In this document: piece after piece, positions 34,672 through 44,200 of the stretch
Position numbering within the stretch: the first letter of the stretch is position 1
How the letters are laid out: each line of letters opens with the position of its first letter
IMG/VR virus record: IMGVR_UViG_3300006867_000019
Coordinates: 1-44,940 of that record
DNA length: 44,940 nucleotides
Direction: 5' to 3' (one strand)
Source of the DNA: a virus
Lineage: Duplodnaviria; Caudoviricetes
Translations under genes and position numbers: made by a program
Notes under the pieces: model-generated
The model's input: only the letters and a program-made list of their open reading frames with translations
Told to the model about the DNA's origin: nothing
The model's database searches: none

Positions 34672-35719
34672 CTTCTTCTACAATCTCATCCATATTTACT
34701 GTTGATTGTTTACCCATTTGATACTGTTTGGTAATAAATTCAGCAAAGTCTGTATTAGCAAAAATAGGATCCCAAAACTCTTTTTTCTGTGTCGCATCAA
34801 GCCGAACTTTACCAGTAAGAACTTCACCTGTTTCTGGGTTTACACCTTCATACCAACCATTGGAAGGTTTACGAGCATACTCACCTGCAAGTGCTACGTC
34901 AAGCAAACCAGAATATTCACTCACACCGCCGTCCCAGGTAACACTAATAGGGATCTTTGATTTTTCTTTTACATAACGAGATTTTTCTACATTAATTACA
35001 AAGTCATAACCAATAACATCGGTACCCTTTTTATTCTGGCGCCGACCAACAATCCAGATGTTATCCGAAGAATAATAGATGCCCGTACCACCAGACACAA
35101 TATCTTTTGGAAACAAACCTTGTTCTTTATATGTGTGGTTAATTGCAATCATAGGAATATTTTTCATTGCAAGATATGGTGTACACATACGGAACAAACC
35201 TTTCAATGCTTTTGCACGAGACATATCTGCCACTGCTTTTTCATTGATAGCATCATCTAGTTCTTTCTTTGATGCGACGTTTCCGATAGAGTCAATTACA
35301 ACAATCACTTTATCATCACGTGAAAGGCTTTCAAGCTGACCAATAAGATCAAACTTGAGTTCTTCAATATTAGTAATTGGAGTGTGTAGAACACGTTCAG
35401 TATCAATACCAAACTGCTCAAAGTATGATTGTGGCGAACCAAACTCAGAATCATAGAACAGCATTACAGCATCCTTTTCTGCTCGCAGATATGCACCTGC
35501 CATGAGTAGAGCAAAAGATGTTTTAAAGTGTTTAGAAGGTCCAGCCAAAGTAGTCAGTCCTGGTAGCAAACCACCATCAACGGAACCTGATAGTGCCACG
35601 TTAATCATTGGCACATCAGTCGGCACTGGTTTCTTTTCATTAAAAAATTTAGACTCTGAAAGAACCGAAGTATGTTTCAACTTCGAGTTCTTTTTGAGTT
35701 TATCCATAATTGAAGTCAC
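34661..35719 (-). CDS. uvsX: RecA-like recombinase UvsX
   Basis: AGPSKHFKT Walker A, YDSEFG, DSIGNVAS, VSGGTG, KSRYVKEK; GTG start. Confidence 0.95.
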   Translation of the reverse strand: MTSIMDKLKKNSKLKHTSVLSESKFFNEKKPVPTDVPMINVALSGSVDGGLLPGLTTLAGPSKHFKTSFALLMAGAYLRAEKDAVMLFYDSEFGSPQSYFEQFGIDTERVLHTPITNIEELKFDLIGQLESLSRDDKVIVVIDSIGNVASKKELDDAINEKAVADMSRAKALKGLFRMCTPYLAMKNIPMIAINHTYKEQGLFPKDIVSGGTGIYYSSDNIWIVGRRQNKKGTDVIGYDFVINVEKSRYVKEKSKIPISVTWDGGVSEYSGLLDVALAGEYARKPSNGWYEGVNPETGEVLTGKVRLDATQKKEFWDPIFANTDFAEFITKQYQMGKQSTVNMDEIVEEDAY

Positions 35720-35859
35720 TGTTTTTCCTTTTCATATATCTTTTTGGCAATTTCTTCTACATCACCAGATGTATAACCATATTCTATCAAATATTGTGCC
35801 TTTTGTAAATATCTAATTTGATTTTCTTCGCTCAAATCTTTCCATTCTACTTTAGACAT
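35716..35859 (-). CDS. small hypothetical protein (47 aa, not in ORF track)
   Basis: MSKVEWKDLSEENQIRYLQKAQYLIEYGY...EKEKQ*, GTGA overlap with uvsX; contains TTTACA-17-TAGAAT promoter (35781-35809). Confidence 0.55.
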   Translation of the reverse strand: MSKVEWKDLSEENQIRYLQKAQYLIEYGYTSGDVEEIAKKIYEKEKQ

Positions 35860-36341
35860 TTTCCATCCTTATGCCATCTTCCATAGTGCCCTGGTAAGGC
35901 AGATTTACCACAGTGAGGACAATCTATCTTTTTTCTATTCTTAGCACTCTCACTTATTTTTGCTTTAGTATCATCAGAATGCTTTAAACCCCATCTAGGA
36001 CTATCTTCACCAAACTTGCCTGCATTTGGGCTAACAGTTCCATACATTGGATTATTCTTACCCATTTTTGCTTTGCTCTGCTTTGCTTTGGTTTCTTCAG
36101 ATACAACTTTGCCTTTATGTACAATACTTGTCATCTGTCTTATCAATTCTTCTTTGTCTATTCTTCCAGATAATCCTTTCCATGCAAGATAATCTTGCCA
36201 CCTACCATACTGCTCATACAATTTTCTATGAGCATCAGCATGCTCTTCAACAGTAAGTTTAATTAAGTTGGATGGGTCATCAGTACCACCGGCGTGTCTA
36301 GGCACGATATGATGCATGTGATAAATAGTTTTGCTGGACAT
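35847..36341 (-). mobile_element. free-standing HNH homing endonuclease with NUMOD3-like repeats
   Basis: HHIVPRHAGGTDDPSNL...EH..AH HNH core; HSxxTKAKIS repeats; CPHC tail; start MSSK at 36341. Confidence 0.85.
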
Positions 36342-36412
36342 AAGGTTCTCCTTTTGTATAATGTCTAGGGTAGGTAGAGGCGGCAACCTCGTGACCTACA
36401 CTTTTATTTATA
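36336..36412 (-). promoter_or_regulatory. late promoter with RBS-sequestering hairpins for the HNH gene
   Basis: TATAAATA (36405-36412), hairpin 36370-36399, and GACAT...AAGGAG...ATGTC pairing over the RBS/start. Confidence 0.65.
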
Positions 36413-36445
36413 CAAATGAAATCCTTTAGTTTATCCAATAGCTTA

Positions 36446-37246
36446 TTAATCCTTTCTATTTGAATATGATGTGTTGATTATATCAAAATTCTCAAGAGTT
36501 GTAAACAATTCCTTATCCATATTCATAAGATTTTTAATAGCATCTACACGCATATCTTGAATACCTCTTTTAAAGTTTCTATTAGGTACTCTATTATTTG
36601 TTGATCCTACACCATGATGTGTATTGATATAACTAGATACAATATGATAATCACCACCATACTCAGACATAAAATCATGCAACTGATTCATAAACATATA
36701 CTTCATGCCAGTAATAGCAGAAATGCCTTGTTCAATCATAGCTGCTTCTACAGCCGTAGCAAGTACAACATTACCTAGAAGTGCAGTAGATTTAGTTTGT
36801 AGAATATCTTTTACAGCTAAAACAGAATTTTGTGCACCACCAAGAATATGGAATGTTTGATTCTCTGGTACAGTTTCACAAAAGAAGTTAGGATAATACA
36901 CAACTTTGTCATTAGTAGAACATAAGCGATCAATGATTTCAATCGGCAAAGGTGTTTTTACAACAACACCACCAGATGTTTTAGATAGAAGTTGCAAGAC
37001 CTCAGACTCTAGTGTAGAAGCAACAACAGCTCCTGTCTCCTCATCAATTGATGTAGGAGTCTGTACAAATGTCAGGTTAGGATCAAAGTTAAAAACATCT
37101 TCTAAACTAGAGGCATCTTGGTGATACATAATATCGTTAGTATCTTTAGTGAAAAGATATTTAATTACATCTGCATTGGCATAATTAAATTCATTTCCAC
37201 TATCAACAATAGCAATACGAAAAGCTTCAGGTTTCCTTTTTGGCAT
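36446..37246 (-). CDS. degenerate UDP-glucose dehydrogenase-like paralogue
   Basis: Collinear with 37998-38846 (VQTPT, VVVKT, VYYPNF, HILGG, EA..., K..FMNQ, VP) but no GxGxxG and no catalytic Cys. Confidence 0.6.
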   Translation of the reverse strand: MPKRKPEAFRIAIVDSGNEFNYANADVIKYLFTKDTNDIMYHQDASSLEDVFNFDPNLTFVQTPTSIDEETGAVVASTLESEVLQLLSKTSGGVVVKTPLPIEIIDRLCSTNDKVVYYPNFFCETVPENQTFHILGGAQNSVLAVKDILQTKSTALLGNVVLATAVEAAMIEQGISAITGMKYMFMNQLHDFMSEYGGDYHIVSSYINTHHGVGSTNNRVPNRNFKRGIQDMRVDAIKNLMNMDKELFTTLENFDIINTSYSNRKD

Positions 37247-37249
37247 ATT

Positions 37250-37936
37250 TTACCCCCATTTGGATGTTCGTTCCAAAGCAATCCAGTATTCTAGACCTTG
37301 CTCTTCATTCTCAAGGTGAGATACCATTGCCTTAGAAACACTAACCTCATAGTCAAGAGCCATGAGTTTCAAGTTACTAATATTATAAATCATTTCAAAT
37401 TCAACGCTTTCATCAGAAATAAATTTATATGGAATTTCAATGTTAAAAGTATTGGATGTTGCATTGTTTTCATCAAACACTGTAAAACAAATATTGCCAT
37501 TTCCTGCATTGGTAATTTTTACTTGATTGTGTCCGAGTGCTGTAGCTGCACGTTTAATTTTATCCAGAATTGTATTTTCCAATGTAAATTTAAGTTCTGG
37601 ATCTGGCATCTTTACATCATTTGTAGGTGTGGTAAGAATATCAATATCGGAATAGAAATAGCGGACACGTGAAAGATTATTCACATCACTAATTGTGACT
37701 GATTTATCATCTGCAAAGTCCAGTGTAGGTGAATCAACTAGGTTAATGACACTCAGAAATTCCGATAGATCATAAATTCCAAATTCACGTGGAAATTCTT
37801 GAGTCAGTTTAGCACTTGCGACAACGTTCCGTGCCTCTGTCATAGTTTTAATTGTGTTACCTGTGCGGACAACCACGTTAGGATTGATTCCAGCAAAGTT
37901 CTGAAGTGTGTTAACAGTAGATGCATTAAGTTCCAT
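37250..37936 (-). CDS. gp45: T4 gp45-like sliding clamp
   Basis: LQNFAGINP, EFGIYDLSEFLSV, YWIALE; start MELN at 37936 with AGGAG RBS. Confidence 0.85.
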   Translation of the reverse strand: MELNASTVNTLQNFAGINPNVVVRTGNTIKTMTEARNVVASAKLTQEFPREFGIYDLSEFLSVINLVDSPTLDFADDKSVTISDVNNLSRVRYFYSDIDILTTPTNDVKMPDPELKFTLENTILDKIKRAATALGHNQVKITNAGNGNICFTVFDENNATSNTFNIEIPYKFISDESVEFEMIYNISNLKLMALDYEVSVSKAMVSHLENEEQGLEYWIALERTSKWG

Positions 37937-37965
37937 TGTATGGCTCCTGTGTTTCAATAAGTACT

Positions 37966-37997
37966 ATTATATCATATATTTTAAAGAATGTAAACAC
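37966..37997 (-). promoter_or_regulatory. T4-like early promoter
   Basis: GTGTTTACA-17 nt-TATAAT. Confidence 0.8.
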
Positions 37998-38846
37998 TTA
38001 CTGACGAAGAAGTTCTTCTCGGGTCATGTATTCGTAATCTACATTCTGTTCTATTTCTCGTTCATCTTTTTCATAAACGGATCGCATGGCATTATTTACG
38101 GTAATTATTTCACGCAAAACAGTAAATGATTTATCGAAGTTATAAAAAGCATTTGTATCCTTAGGAAAACAAGCTCCGCCATATCCACGTTTACCATCAA
38201 ACCCAGGCACAGATGTATGAGAGGTACCAATGCGTGGATCAGATAGCATAGCATTCAGTACGGTATTAAATTTTCCGCCATTATTTTCTACACAATCAAA
38301 GAATTGGTTAAACCAAAGTACCTTCGATGCAAGAAAACAATTAATTCCATATTTTACAAATGATGCTTCTTTAGCAGTCATAAATTTAATTGGGCAGGGT
38401 TTACAACTTGAATAATTGTGATATAGTTCTGCTACAGCTTGTGTCGTTGATCTCTTACCACCAAAAACATGCAAAGCTGGATTTACAAAATCTTCATTTG
38501 CTGCCTTCTCGGTAAGAAACTCTGGATTGTAAACCATACGAGATTTAGCACCAGGCAAAAGCATAAGTTGATCAATGACATCTGGTGTCACTGTAGATTT
38601 AATAACCACGATTGCTTCTGTATTCTTAAGCATCCAAGCAACAGTTTCTTCTACAATGGTAGCGTTGATTTCACCATTATCACCAAAAGGTGTAGGCACT
38701 GAAATAAAGGCAAAGTCAACATTTCTTGCATTTTCAATAGGTTTATCTAGTTTTGGATCCACAATGATCTGTGTAACTTCTGGGTGTGAAAAACCATAAG
38801 ACACTGCCTTACCAACAAACCCATATCCGATAATTCCAATTTCCAT
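37998..38846 (-). CDS. ugd: UDP-glucose 6-dehydrogenase (short form)
   Basis: GIIGYGFVG, VPTP, IKSTV, NPEFL, GYGGACFPKD. Confidence 0.88.
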   Translation of the reverse strand: MEIGIIGYGFVGKAVSYGFSHPEVTQIIVDPKLDKPIENARNVDFAFISVPTPFGDNGEINATIVEETVAWMLKNTEAIVVIKSTVTPDVIDQLMLLPGAKSRMVYNPEFLTEKAANEDFVNPALHVFGGKRSTTQAVAELYHNYSSCKPCPIKFMTAKEASFVKYGINCFLASKVLWFNQFFDCVENNGGKFNTVLNAMLSDPRIGTSHTSVPGFDGKRGYGGACFPKDTNAFYNFDKSFTVLREIITVNNAMRSVYEKDEREIEQNVDYEYMTREELLRQ

Positions 38847-39802
38847 TAATTTACTCCATAATATTCTTTGTACCAAGAAATAAACTGAGCAACGCCTTCT
38901 TTCACAGAAGTTGTTGGTTTATACCCAAGTGCTTGTAGTTTTGTTGTATCTGACCAAGTAGCTTGAGTATCAGCAGGATGTTTAGGCACAAATTCTTTAA
39001 TTGCTTCACGTCCTAGATTTTTTTCAATTTCTTTAACAAAATCCATCAACTGTACTTGTTCACCATATCCAATATTATAAATTTCTTTTTCACCACCGGT
39101 TACAAGCATACGGTATATAAGAAGATCAATACCTTGCACAATATCATCTACATATGTAAAATCTCGGATCATATCACCATTATTAAACAACTGAATAGGA
39201 TTACCAGCTACGATATTTTTAGTAAAATCAAACAGTGCCATATCTGGGCGACCCCATGGTCCATATACAGTAAAGAACCTAAGACCAATGGCATTGTTTA
39301 GATGTGGTGCTGACATCATCTGAGATTCATTTGTAAATTTAGAATAGCCATATGGGTTTAGTTGATATCCACACTTCTCATCTTCTTTCCACGGCAGCTG
39401 GTTACCCGCCATAACACAAGATGTAGAAGCATAAATACAATTTTCTATATCATTTTCTTTCATTGCCTGAATAAGATTGTGTGTGCCGATAATATTATTT
39501 TGGACATAGGATTCAGGATCCACAAGTGAGTGTCGCACGCCAGCATATGCACCTAGATGAACCACAATGTCTGGTTTAGTTTCTTTCAGATAATTATTTA
39601 AAGAAGTGGCATCACACAAATCAACAGCTGCAATATTAATATCATTTTCACGATATAGTTTATCTGCTCTTGCATGTTTGAGTGTTGGATCATAGTAATT
39701 ATTGTAACTATCAAAACCGCAAACTTCATAGTTAGGTGCTAGTTTTTTAGCCAAATGATAAGCAATAAAACCGGCACCGCCGGTGATACAAATTTTAGTC
39801 AT
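38846..39802 (-). CDS. NAD-dependent epimerase, UDP-glucuronate 4-epimerase-like
   Basis: TGGAGFIA, NNYYDPTLK, AGVRHS, YGYSK, LRFFTVYGPWGRPDMA, RDFTYVDD. Confidence 0.88.
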   Translation of the reverse strand: MTKICITGGAGFIAYHLAKKLAPNYEVCGFDSYNNYYDPTLKHARADKLYRENDINIAAVDLCDATSLNNYLKETKPDIVVHLGAYAGVRHSLVDPESYVQNNIIGTHNLIQAMKENDIENCIYASTSCVMAGNQLPWKEDEKCGYQLNPYGYSKFTNESQMMSAPHLNNAIGLRFFTVYGPWGRPDMALFDFTKNIVAGNPIQLFNNGDMIRDFTYVDDIVQGIDLLIYRMLVTGGEKEIYNIGYGEQVQLMDFVKEIEKNLGREAIKEFVPKHPADTQATWSDTTKLQALGYKPTTSVKEGVAQFISWYKEYYGVN

Positions 39803-39829
39803 ATGGAGTTCCTTGTTTTAGATAATTAC

Positions 39830-39861
39830 ATTATATACTATTATATAGTATTTGTAAACAC
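39830..39861 (-). promoter_or_regulatory. T4-like early promoter
   Basis: GTGTTTACA-17 nt-TATAAT. Confidence 0.8.
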
Positions 39862-40287
39862 CTATTTTTTCTCAAATACTCTTTTTCTTAGATCAGTAGA
39901 ACTAAATCTATGAGTTCTGGAATTAAAGTAGAGTTCAATGCCTTTCCGTTTACAGATGTCTCTGCCTGTAAAATCTTGATCTCTATATTCTTCTCCCATA
40001 ATTTTAACATCAATATCAAACATTTCTAAAATATCTTCAACATCTTGTTCTGTCTGATATGGAATAATTTCATTCACATACTGAATAGCAGAAAGTTGTA
40101 CATATCTTTCTACAAGTGTTTGTACTGGTTTATTTTTCGTCTCTGGTCTGTCTATAGTAGGATCTGATTGAATTCCACAAATAAGATAATCACACTGTGA
40201 TTTTGCTTCCCTTAACATAGCCACATGACCAGCGTGTAGTAGATCAAATGTGGAAAATGTAATACCTACCGTTTTAGGATTTGCCAT
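39862..40287 (-). CDS. glycerol-3-phosphate cytidylyltransferase (TagD-like)
   Basis: FDLLHAGH, KNKPVQ..ER, SSTDLR. Confidence 0.8.
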   Translation of the reverse strand: MANPKTVGITFSTFDLLHAGHVAMLREAKSQCDYLICGIQSDPTIDRPETKNKPVQTLVERYVQLSAIQYVNEIIPYQTEQDVEDILEMFDIDVKIMGEEYRDQDFTGRDICKRKGIELYFNSRTHRFSSTDLRKRVFEKK

Positions 40288-40958
40288 GTTTCTCTCCAAT
40301 CTTTTACATGATGTATTATGCCGCCTGAATTTGCTACTTCTAATGCCAAACTATAATCATTACCTTTTGAGTGCATTTGGTCACCAAAAAATGTTATTTT
40401 CTTTTCTGGTCCAAAATCGTGTATAATCTGGCTTTTATCGTAACCTTTTTGCACTATATCTATGCCAGTTTCTCCAGCAACCTGTATATTATAATCTGGC
40501 CAGATAAGAGACAAGTTTTCTACCAATAGGTTTCTTTCACAATAATAGTTATCAAATTCTTTATACAACTGACGTTGTTCGGTTGTAGCATTTCTACCAA
40601 GAGTACTAAAATTAAATAGCCCAGGTCTTATATCAAAGTGATTTCCTGTTTTTATTGGAGATTTACTATGTTCTAATAGTCTACCTAAAATATTTTTCCA
40701 ATCTTTAGGCATCTTCATTTTATTTGTTCTGACATGACTGTTACCAGCCCAAACATCATTACCGCTACAATTATAAACTCTAATACAAGAATTGTAATGA
40801 CCATAACCTACTTGTTCAAGAGTTTTGTCTCTGTCTGAACCAGTTACCATAAATGTAGCATGATGTGTCTGGAAGTGTTCAAGCCAGTTAGAAAACTTTT
40901 GATCTATTTTTCCACGACTTGGTGTGAGAGTTCCATCTACATCAAAGATGTAGTTCAT
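40266..40958 (-). CDS. HAD-IIB phosphomannomutase-like enzyme
   Basis: FDVDGTLT, VTGSD, NFSxLGR, FFGD...GNDY. Confidence 0.82.
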   Translation of the reverse strand: MNYIFDVDGTLTPSRGKIDQKFSNWLEHFQTHHATFMVTGSDRDKTLEQVGYGHYNSCIRVYNCSGNDVWAGNSHVRTNKMKMPKDWKNILGRLLEHSKSPIKTGNHFDIRPGLFNFSTLGRNATTEQRQLYKEFDNYYCERNLLVENLSLIWPDYNIQVAGETGIDIVQKGYDKSQIIHDFGPEKKITFFGDQMHSKGNDYSLALEVANSGGIIHHVKDWRETWQILKR

Positions 40959-41302
40959 TTCATTTCACCAACTGATTCACGAATAATATCATTATGATTG
41001 AATTCTGCCCAGTACAGCTCATAAGCTACACCCGACTCCAAACATTCAAACTGATGGTATAGTCCAGGCTTAACCCTTGTATACTCGTTAGGGCCAATAA
41101 TGGTTTCGTCTACAAGATCATAGTCACGCTGCCACACGCGCACGAGCATCTTCCCAGACTCCACATAGAATCCATTCCATTTGTAGCGGTGTAGATGCTT
41201 AGAGCACATCCCACCTGCTTTCATTTCAATACGGTGAAATTCTAATGCACCGTTTGCTTCTATCAGTTCTGTGGTTCCCCACACCTTTCCAGCCTTGGTC
41301 AT
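40955..41302 (-). CDS. cupin, sugar isomerase-like
   Basis: KVWG, CSKHLH, FYVESG, PGLYHQF. Confidence 0.7.
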   Translation of the reverse strand: MTKAGKVWGTTELIEANGALEFHRIEMKAGGMCSKHLHRYKWNGFYVESGKMLVRVWQRDYDLVDETIIGPNEYTRVKPGLYHQFECLESGVAYELYWAEFNHNDIIRESVGEMK

Positions 41303-41342
41303 CTTTCTCTATCCATACTCTTTTTCCTTCAACTAGTTTCCA

Positions 41343-42092
41343 TTATATTCCTAACAATTTCCAAAATGCATGATGTGATGCATGAGGGTGATCATCAAAT
41401 ATATATTTCATAATAGGCATAAGTTTTTCTTTAGGTACAAAATAATAGTCACTTCTTCGTTTATAAACCGTCACATAATCCAGCGGCTTCAATATTTCTT
41501 CTAAAGAAATAGGATTTTCTTTCCATTCTGCAACAATTATAGGTCTAGCAGTCTCAATGGTTTTAACAGCACCTCGAAGAACATGAGCTTCCCAACCTTC
41601 TACATCTAGTTTCATAAGAGATAATTTTGTAAAACCGTACGAGTCCAAAGTTCTCACAGGAAGTCTAAAAAATTCATAAGACTTGGTTGGTCTTTTATGA
41701 TCACCTACGAGTACTTCTTTGTCAGTCATAAAACGTGAGGTTCCACAACGATCAAATTTCATTTTATATGGAATAACTGTTTCTTGATCAGACAGACCAA
41801 TATTATATGCTTTTACATTAGAAATATTAAAATGTTCAAGATTTTTTACTAGACAATTATATAAAGGTTTTGCAGGCTCCCAAGTATAAACTTTATCAAA
41901 ATAACGAGATAATCCAATAGCCATTTGTCCTACATTGCCACCTATATCCAGACAAATTTTAGTATCACTAGCAGATAAGAAATATTTGACAGTAAATTCT
42001 GCCATATGGTTCTGCCATTCTTCTGGCGACCAGTGTGCTAAACCGTTATCATTTTCGGTATCAAGTACCCACCAGTTATTTAATTGTTTCAT
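41343..42092 (-). CDS. FkbM family SAM-dependent methyltransferase
   Basis: LDIGGNVG, WEP, MKLDVEGWE...GA..TI. Confidence 0.85.
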   Translation of the reverse strand: MKQLNNWWVLDTENDNGLAHWSPEEWQNHMAEFTVKYFLSASDTKICLDIGGNVGQMAIGLSRYFDKVYTWEPAKPLYNCLVKNLEHFNISNVKAYNIGLSDQETVIPYKMKFDRCGTSRFMTDKEVLVGDHKRPTKSYEFFRLPVRTLDSYGFTKLSLMKLDVEGWEAHVLRGAVKTIETARPIIVAEWKENPISLEEILKPLDYVTVYKRRSDYYFVPKEKLMPIMKYIFDDHPHASHHAFWKLLGI

Positions 42093-42095
42093 TCT

Positions 42096-43037
42096 TTATA
42101 TATTCCTATATGCATATTCCAAGGCTCTATCTGCCTCAACAACCAATGGCCTCTTTTCATATCTGCGTGATGTATCTGCATCAAGTTGTTTAATAAGTTC
42201 AACAATCTCAGATGTTTGTATTGGATACTCTCTTTTAATTGCATTAGAAGCAATTGAACACATGATCTTATATATCATTGCATAACGACCAGAATTATCT
42301 GTATGTGCAATACTTCTATATTCGTTTATCATTCTTTTATTTACAAAAGGACAATCTGTATAAGATGTCCAAGAATAATTGGTATTTTGTAATTGTCCTT
42401 TACGATATTCAATAATCTGTTTTGCTACATCTTCTGGTAATCTTTCTAGAAAAGTTCTAGCATTTTGCCTATTGTTATAGGGATGCTTTTCCATAATTTC
42501 ATTCGGATCAAGAGGGGTACCAGCATTAAAAAAATAAAAATTATCAGCACCAGCATACATTGCAGGAATGTAATACATTCGAGATAAATCTTTAGTCTGT
42601 GCATCTCCAAGGTCTCCAAACTCTTTATTGAGTGCAAACCAAAAATGCCTGATTGCATCTGATGGAACTTCACTATCAATATCAAAAACAAGTCTGAATT
42701 TTGGATAATCAATAGAACTACTAGCGGTACTGTAACAAATAAAATTATAATTCCCGTATAATTTTTCCAGATCTTTTTCTAAATTATCTCTAGTAAAATC
42801 ATGGTCATCAATGTCAAGAGCGCACCAACCTGCCCAACTAACAACATTGACGTTGGCCCTAGTAGTATTAGCTTTGTATATAGCCGGCGAAATAAGTTGA
42901 GCATCTTTCTTACCTTTCTTAGGCTGCTTGGACAAACCATACAACAACTTCTCTAGCTCATCAAAACTAGAGAAGTCCATGCGTTTATCAGTTTTGTTAT
43001 CAAACTGTGATTTGAAGAGTGTCAAAGATTTTTTCAT
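42096..43037 (-). CDS. primase/Prim-Pol-like protein
   Basis: ALDID, YSTASS, PKFRLV, DxQTKDLSRMYY; start MKKS at 43037. Confidence 0.6.
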   Translation of the reverse strand: MKKSLTLFKSQFDNKTDKRMDFSSFDELEKLLYGLSKQPKKGKKDAQLISPAIYKANTTRANVNVVSWAGWCALDIDDHDFTRDNLEKDLEKLYGNYNFICYSTASSSIDYPKFRLVFDIDSEVPSDAIRHFWFALNKEFGDLGDAQTKDLSRMYYIPAMYAGADNFYFFNAGTPLDPNEIMEKHPYNNRQNARTFLERLPEDVAKQIIEYRKGQLQNTNYSWTSYTDCPFVNKRMINEYRSIAHTDNSGRYAMIYKIMCSIASNAIKREYPIQTSEIVELIKQLDADTSRRYEKRPLVVEADRALEYAYRNI

Positions 43038-43043
43038 AATGAG

Positions 43044-43072
43044 ATTATAACATATTTCATTCAAATTGTAAA
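43044..43072 (-). promoter_or_regulatory. sigma70-type promoter (probably leaderless transcript)
   Basis: TTTACA-17 nt-TATAAT with TG extension; ATG starts 7 nt downstream of the -10 box. Confidence 0.65.
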
Positions 43073-43872
43073 GTGTTCTCATTTAAATCAATTTGAGGAC
43101 CTTTAGGCATTTGAATAAACTTATCCCAAACACGTGAAGGTGCAATATGCCATCTTTCTTTCTTTTTTACTATTTTAAAACTACCTGGCCAATGTTTCTG
43201 CAAACCTTGTGACCTTTTTAATCTACCATCACCAGCGTAGGCGGTATCGGTATTACCGCCTTTGTATTGGCCTGTTGCTGCTTTATTCATAAGCAGTTTA
43301 TTGTATAGAATTGTACAGTAGCCTTTGGTTAATATTTGCATACTGTAATCTGTGTCCTCAACACAATCATGTCTATACCAAATATCCAAATTGTTGTTAA
43401 TAAGTGCGCAAGAATACACTTGTTTATTTACGGAAACATGAGAGTTTTTTGCAAAGGCAAACATATGATGTGATAATGATACGGCACCAATGTTATCAAA
43501 GTCTTTTATATATCGTTCAGCTGCACCTAAAACATTACGTGTTGGTTTGGTTACATTTTTATCATTTTCTCTGACTTTAAAGTCTTTGATATTATCATCA
43601 ATGCACCAATGGAAATCATCGCCTCTACATTCAGAGTGTAATTTGCAATAATTTCTTACATATGCAATACCCATATTATTCTTATCCATTACAATAAGTT
43701 TTTCTAAAGGGTATTCTTTTTCATAATCATCTAAATCTTGTGGTTCTATTACAACAAAATATTTAAGTTCTGCTTCATCAAGAGCTTTTGTAGTAAGCTT
43801 TACAGTGCTTCTGGCTTTAGAAGGCACGTATATTGGATACTTTACCTCGGTCCATTCACTGAATGTACCCAT
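43057..43872 (-). CDS. TET-associated-type (GREB1-like) GT-A glycosyltransferase
   Basis: YPIYVPSKAR, RN, IDDNI, YSC, EDTDYS, GGNT; start MGTF at 43872 with GAGGAG RBS. Confidence 0.7.
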   Translation of the reverse strand: MGTFSEWTEVKYPIYVPSKARSTVKLTTKALDEAELKYFVVIEPQDLDDYEKEYPLEKLIVMDKNNMGIAYVRNYCKLHSECRGDDFHWCIDDNIKDFKVRENDKNVTKPTRNVLGAAERYIKDFDNIGAVSLSHHMFAFAKNSHVSVNKQVYSCALINNNLDIWYRHDCVEDTDYSMQILTKGYCTILYNKLLMNKAATGQYKGGNTDTAYAGDGRLKRSQGLQKHWPGSFKIVKKKERWHIAPSRVWDKFIQMPKGPQIDLNENTLQFE

Positions 43873-43903
43873 AATCTCCTCACCGAGGGACTCTAAGTAT
43901 TCA

Positions 43904-44200
43904 TTAATTTTCGGCATCATCTTCAACCCAAAACAATGATCGGTTCTGGTCTAGATCATATGCTGGATACCAGCAAGTTTTACGACGTTTCTTGCGTGGA
44001 ATTAGATTAGGCTGACCAATCAGTTTAGCAAACTTTTCAAGATCTTCTTGATTTCTAAACCTCACTGAGACCTCATCGTGCCATTCTTCTTTTTCTTGTA
44101 CAAATTCTGGCATATCATCCCAATCATATGGAGTGGCATCATCACCATCTAACATCATAAAGATGTTATTGGATACCTTATCTACATTATTAGTACTCAT
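43904..44200 (-). CDS. small conserved glycosyltransferase-associated protein
   Basis: WxxMPEFVQE, VRFRNxEDLxxFAxLIGQ, WYP motifs. Confidence 0.65.
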   Translation of the reverse strand: MSTNNVDKVSNNIFMMLDGDDATPYDWDDMPEFVQEKEEWHDEVSVRFRNQEDLEKFAKLIGQPNLIPRKKRRKTCWYPAYDLDQNRSLFWVEDDAEN

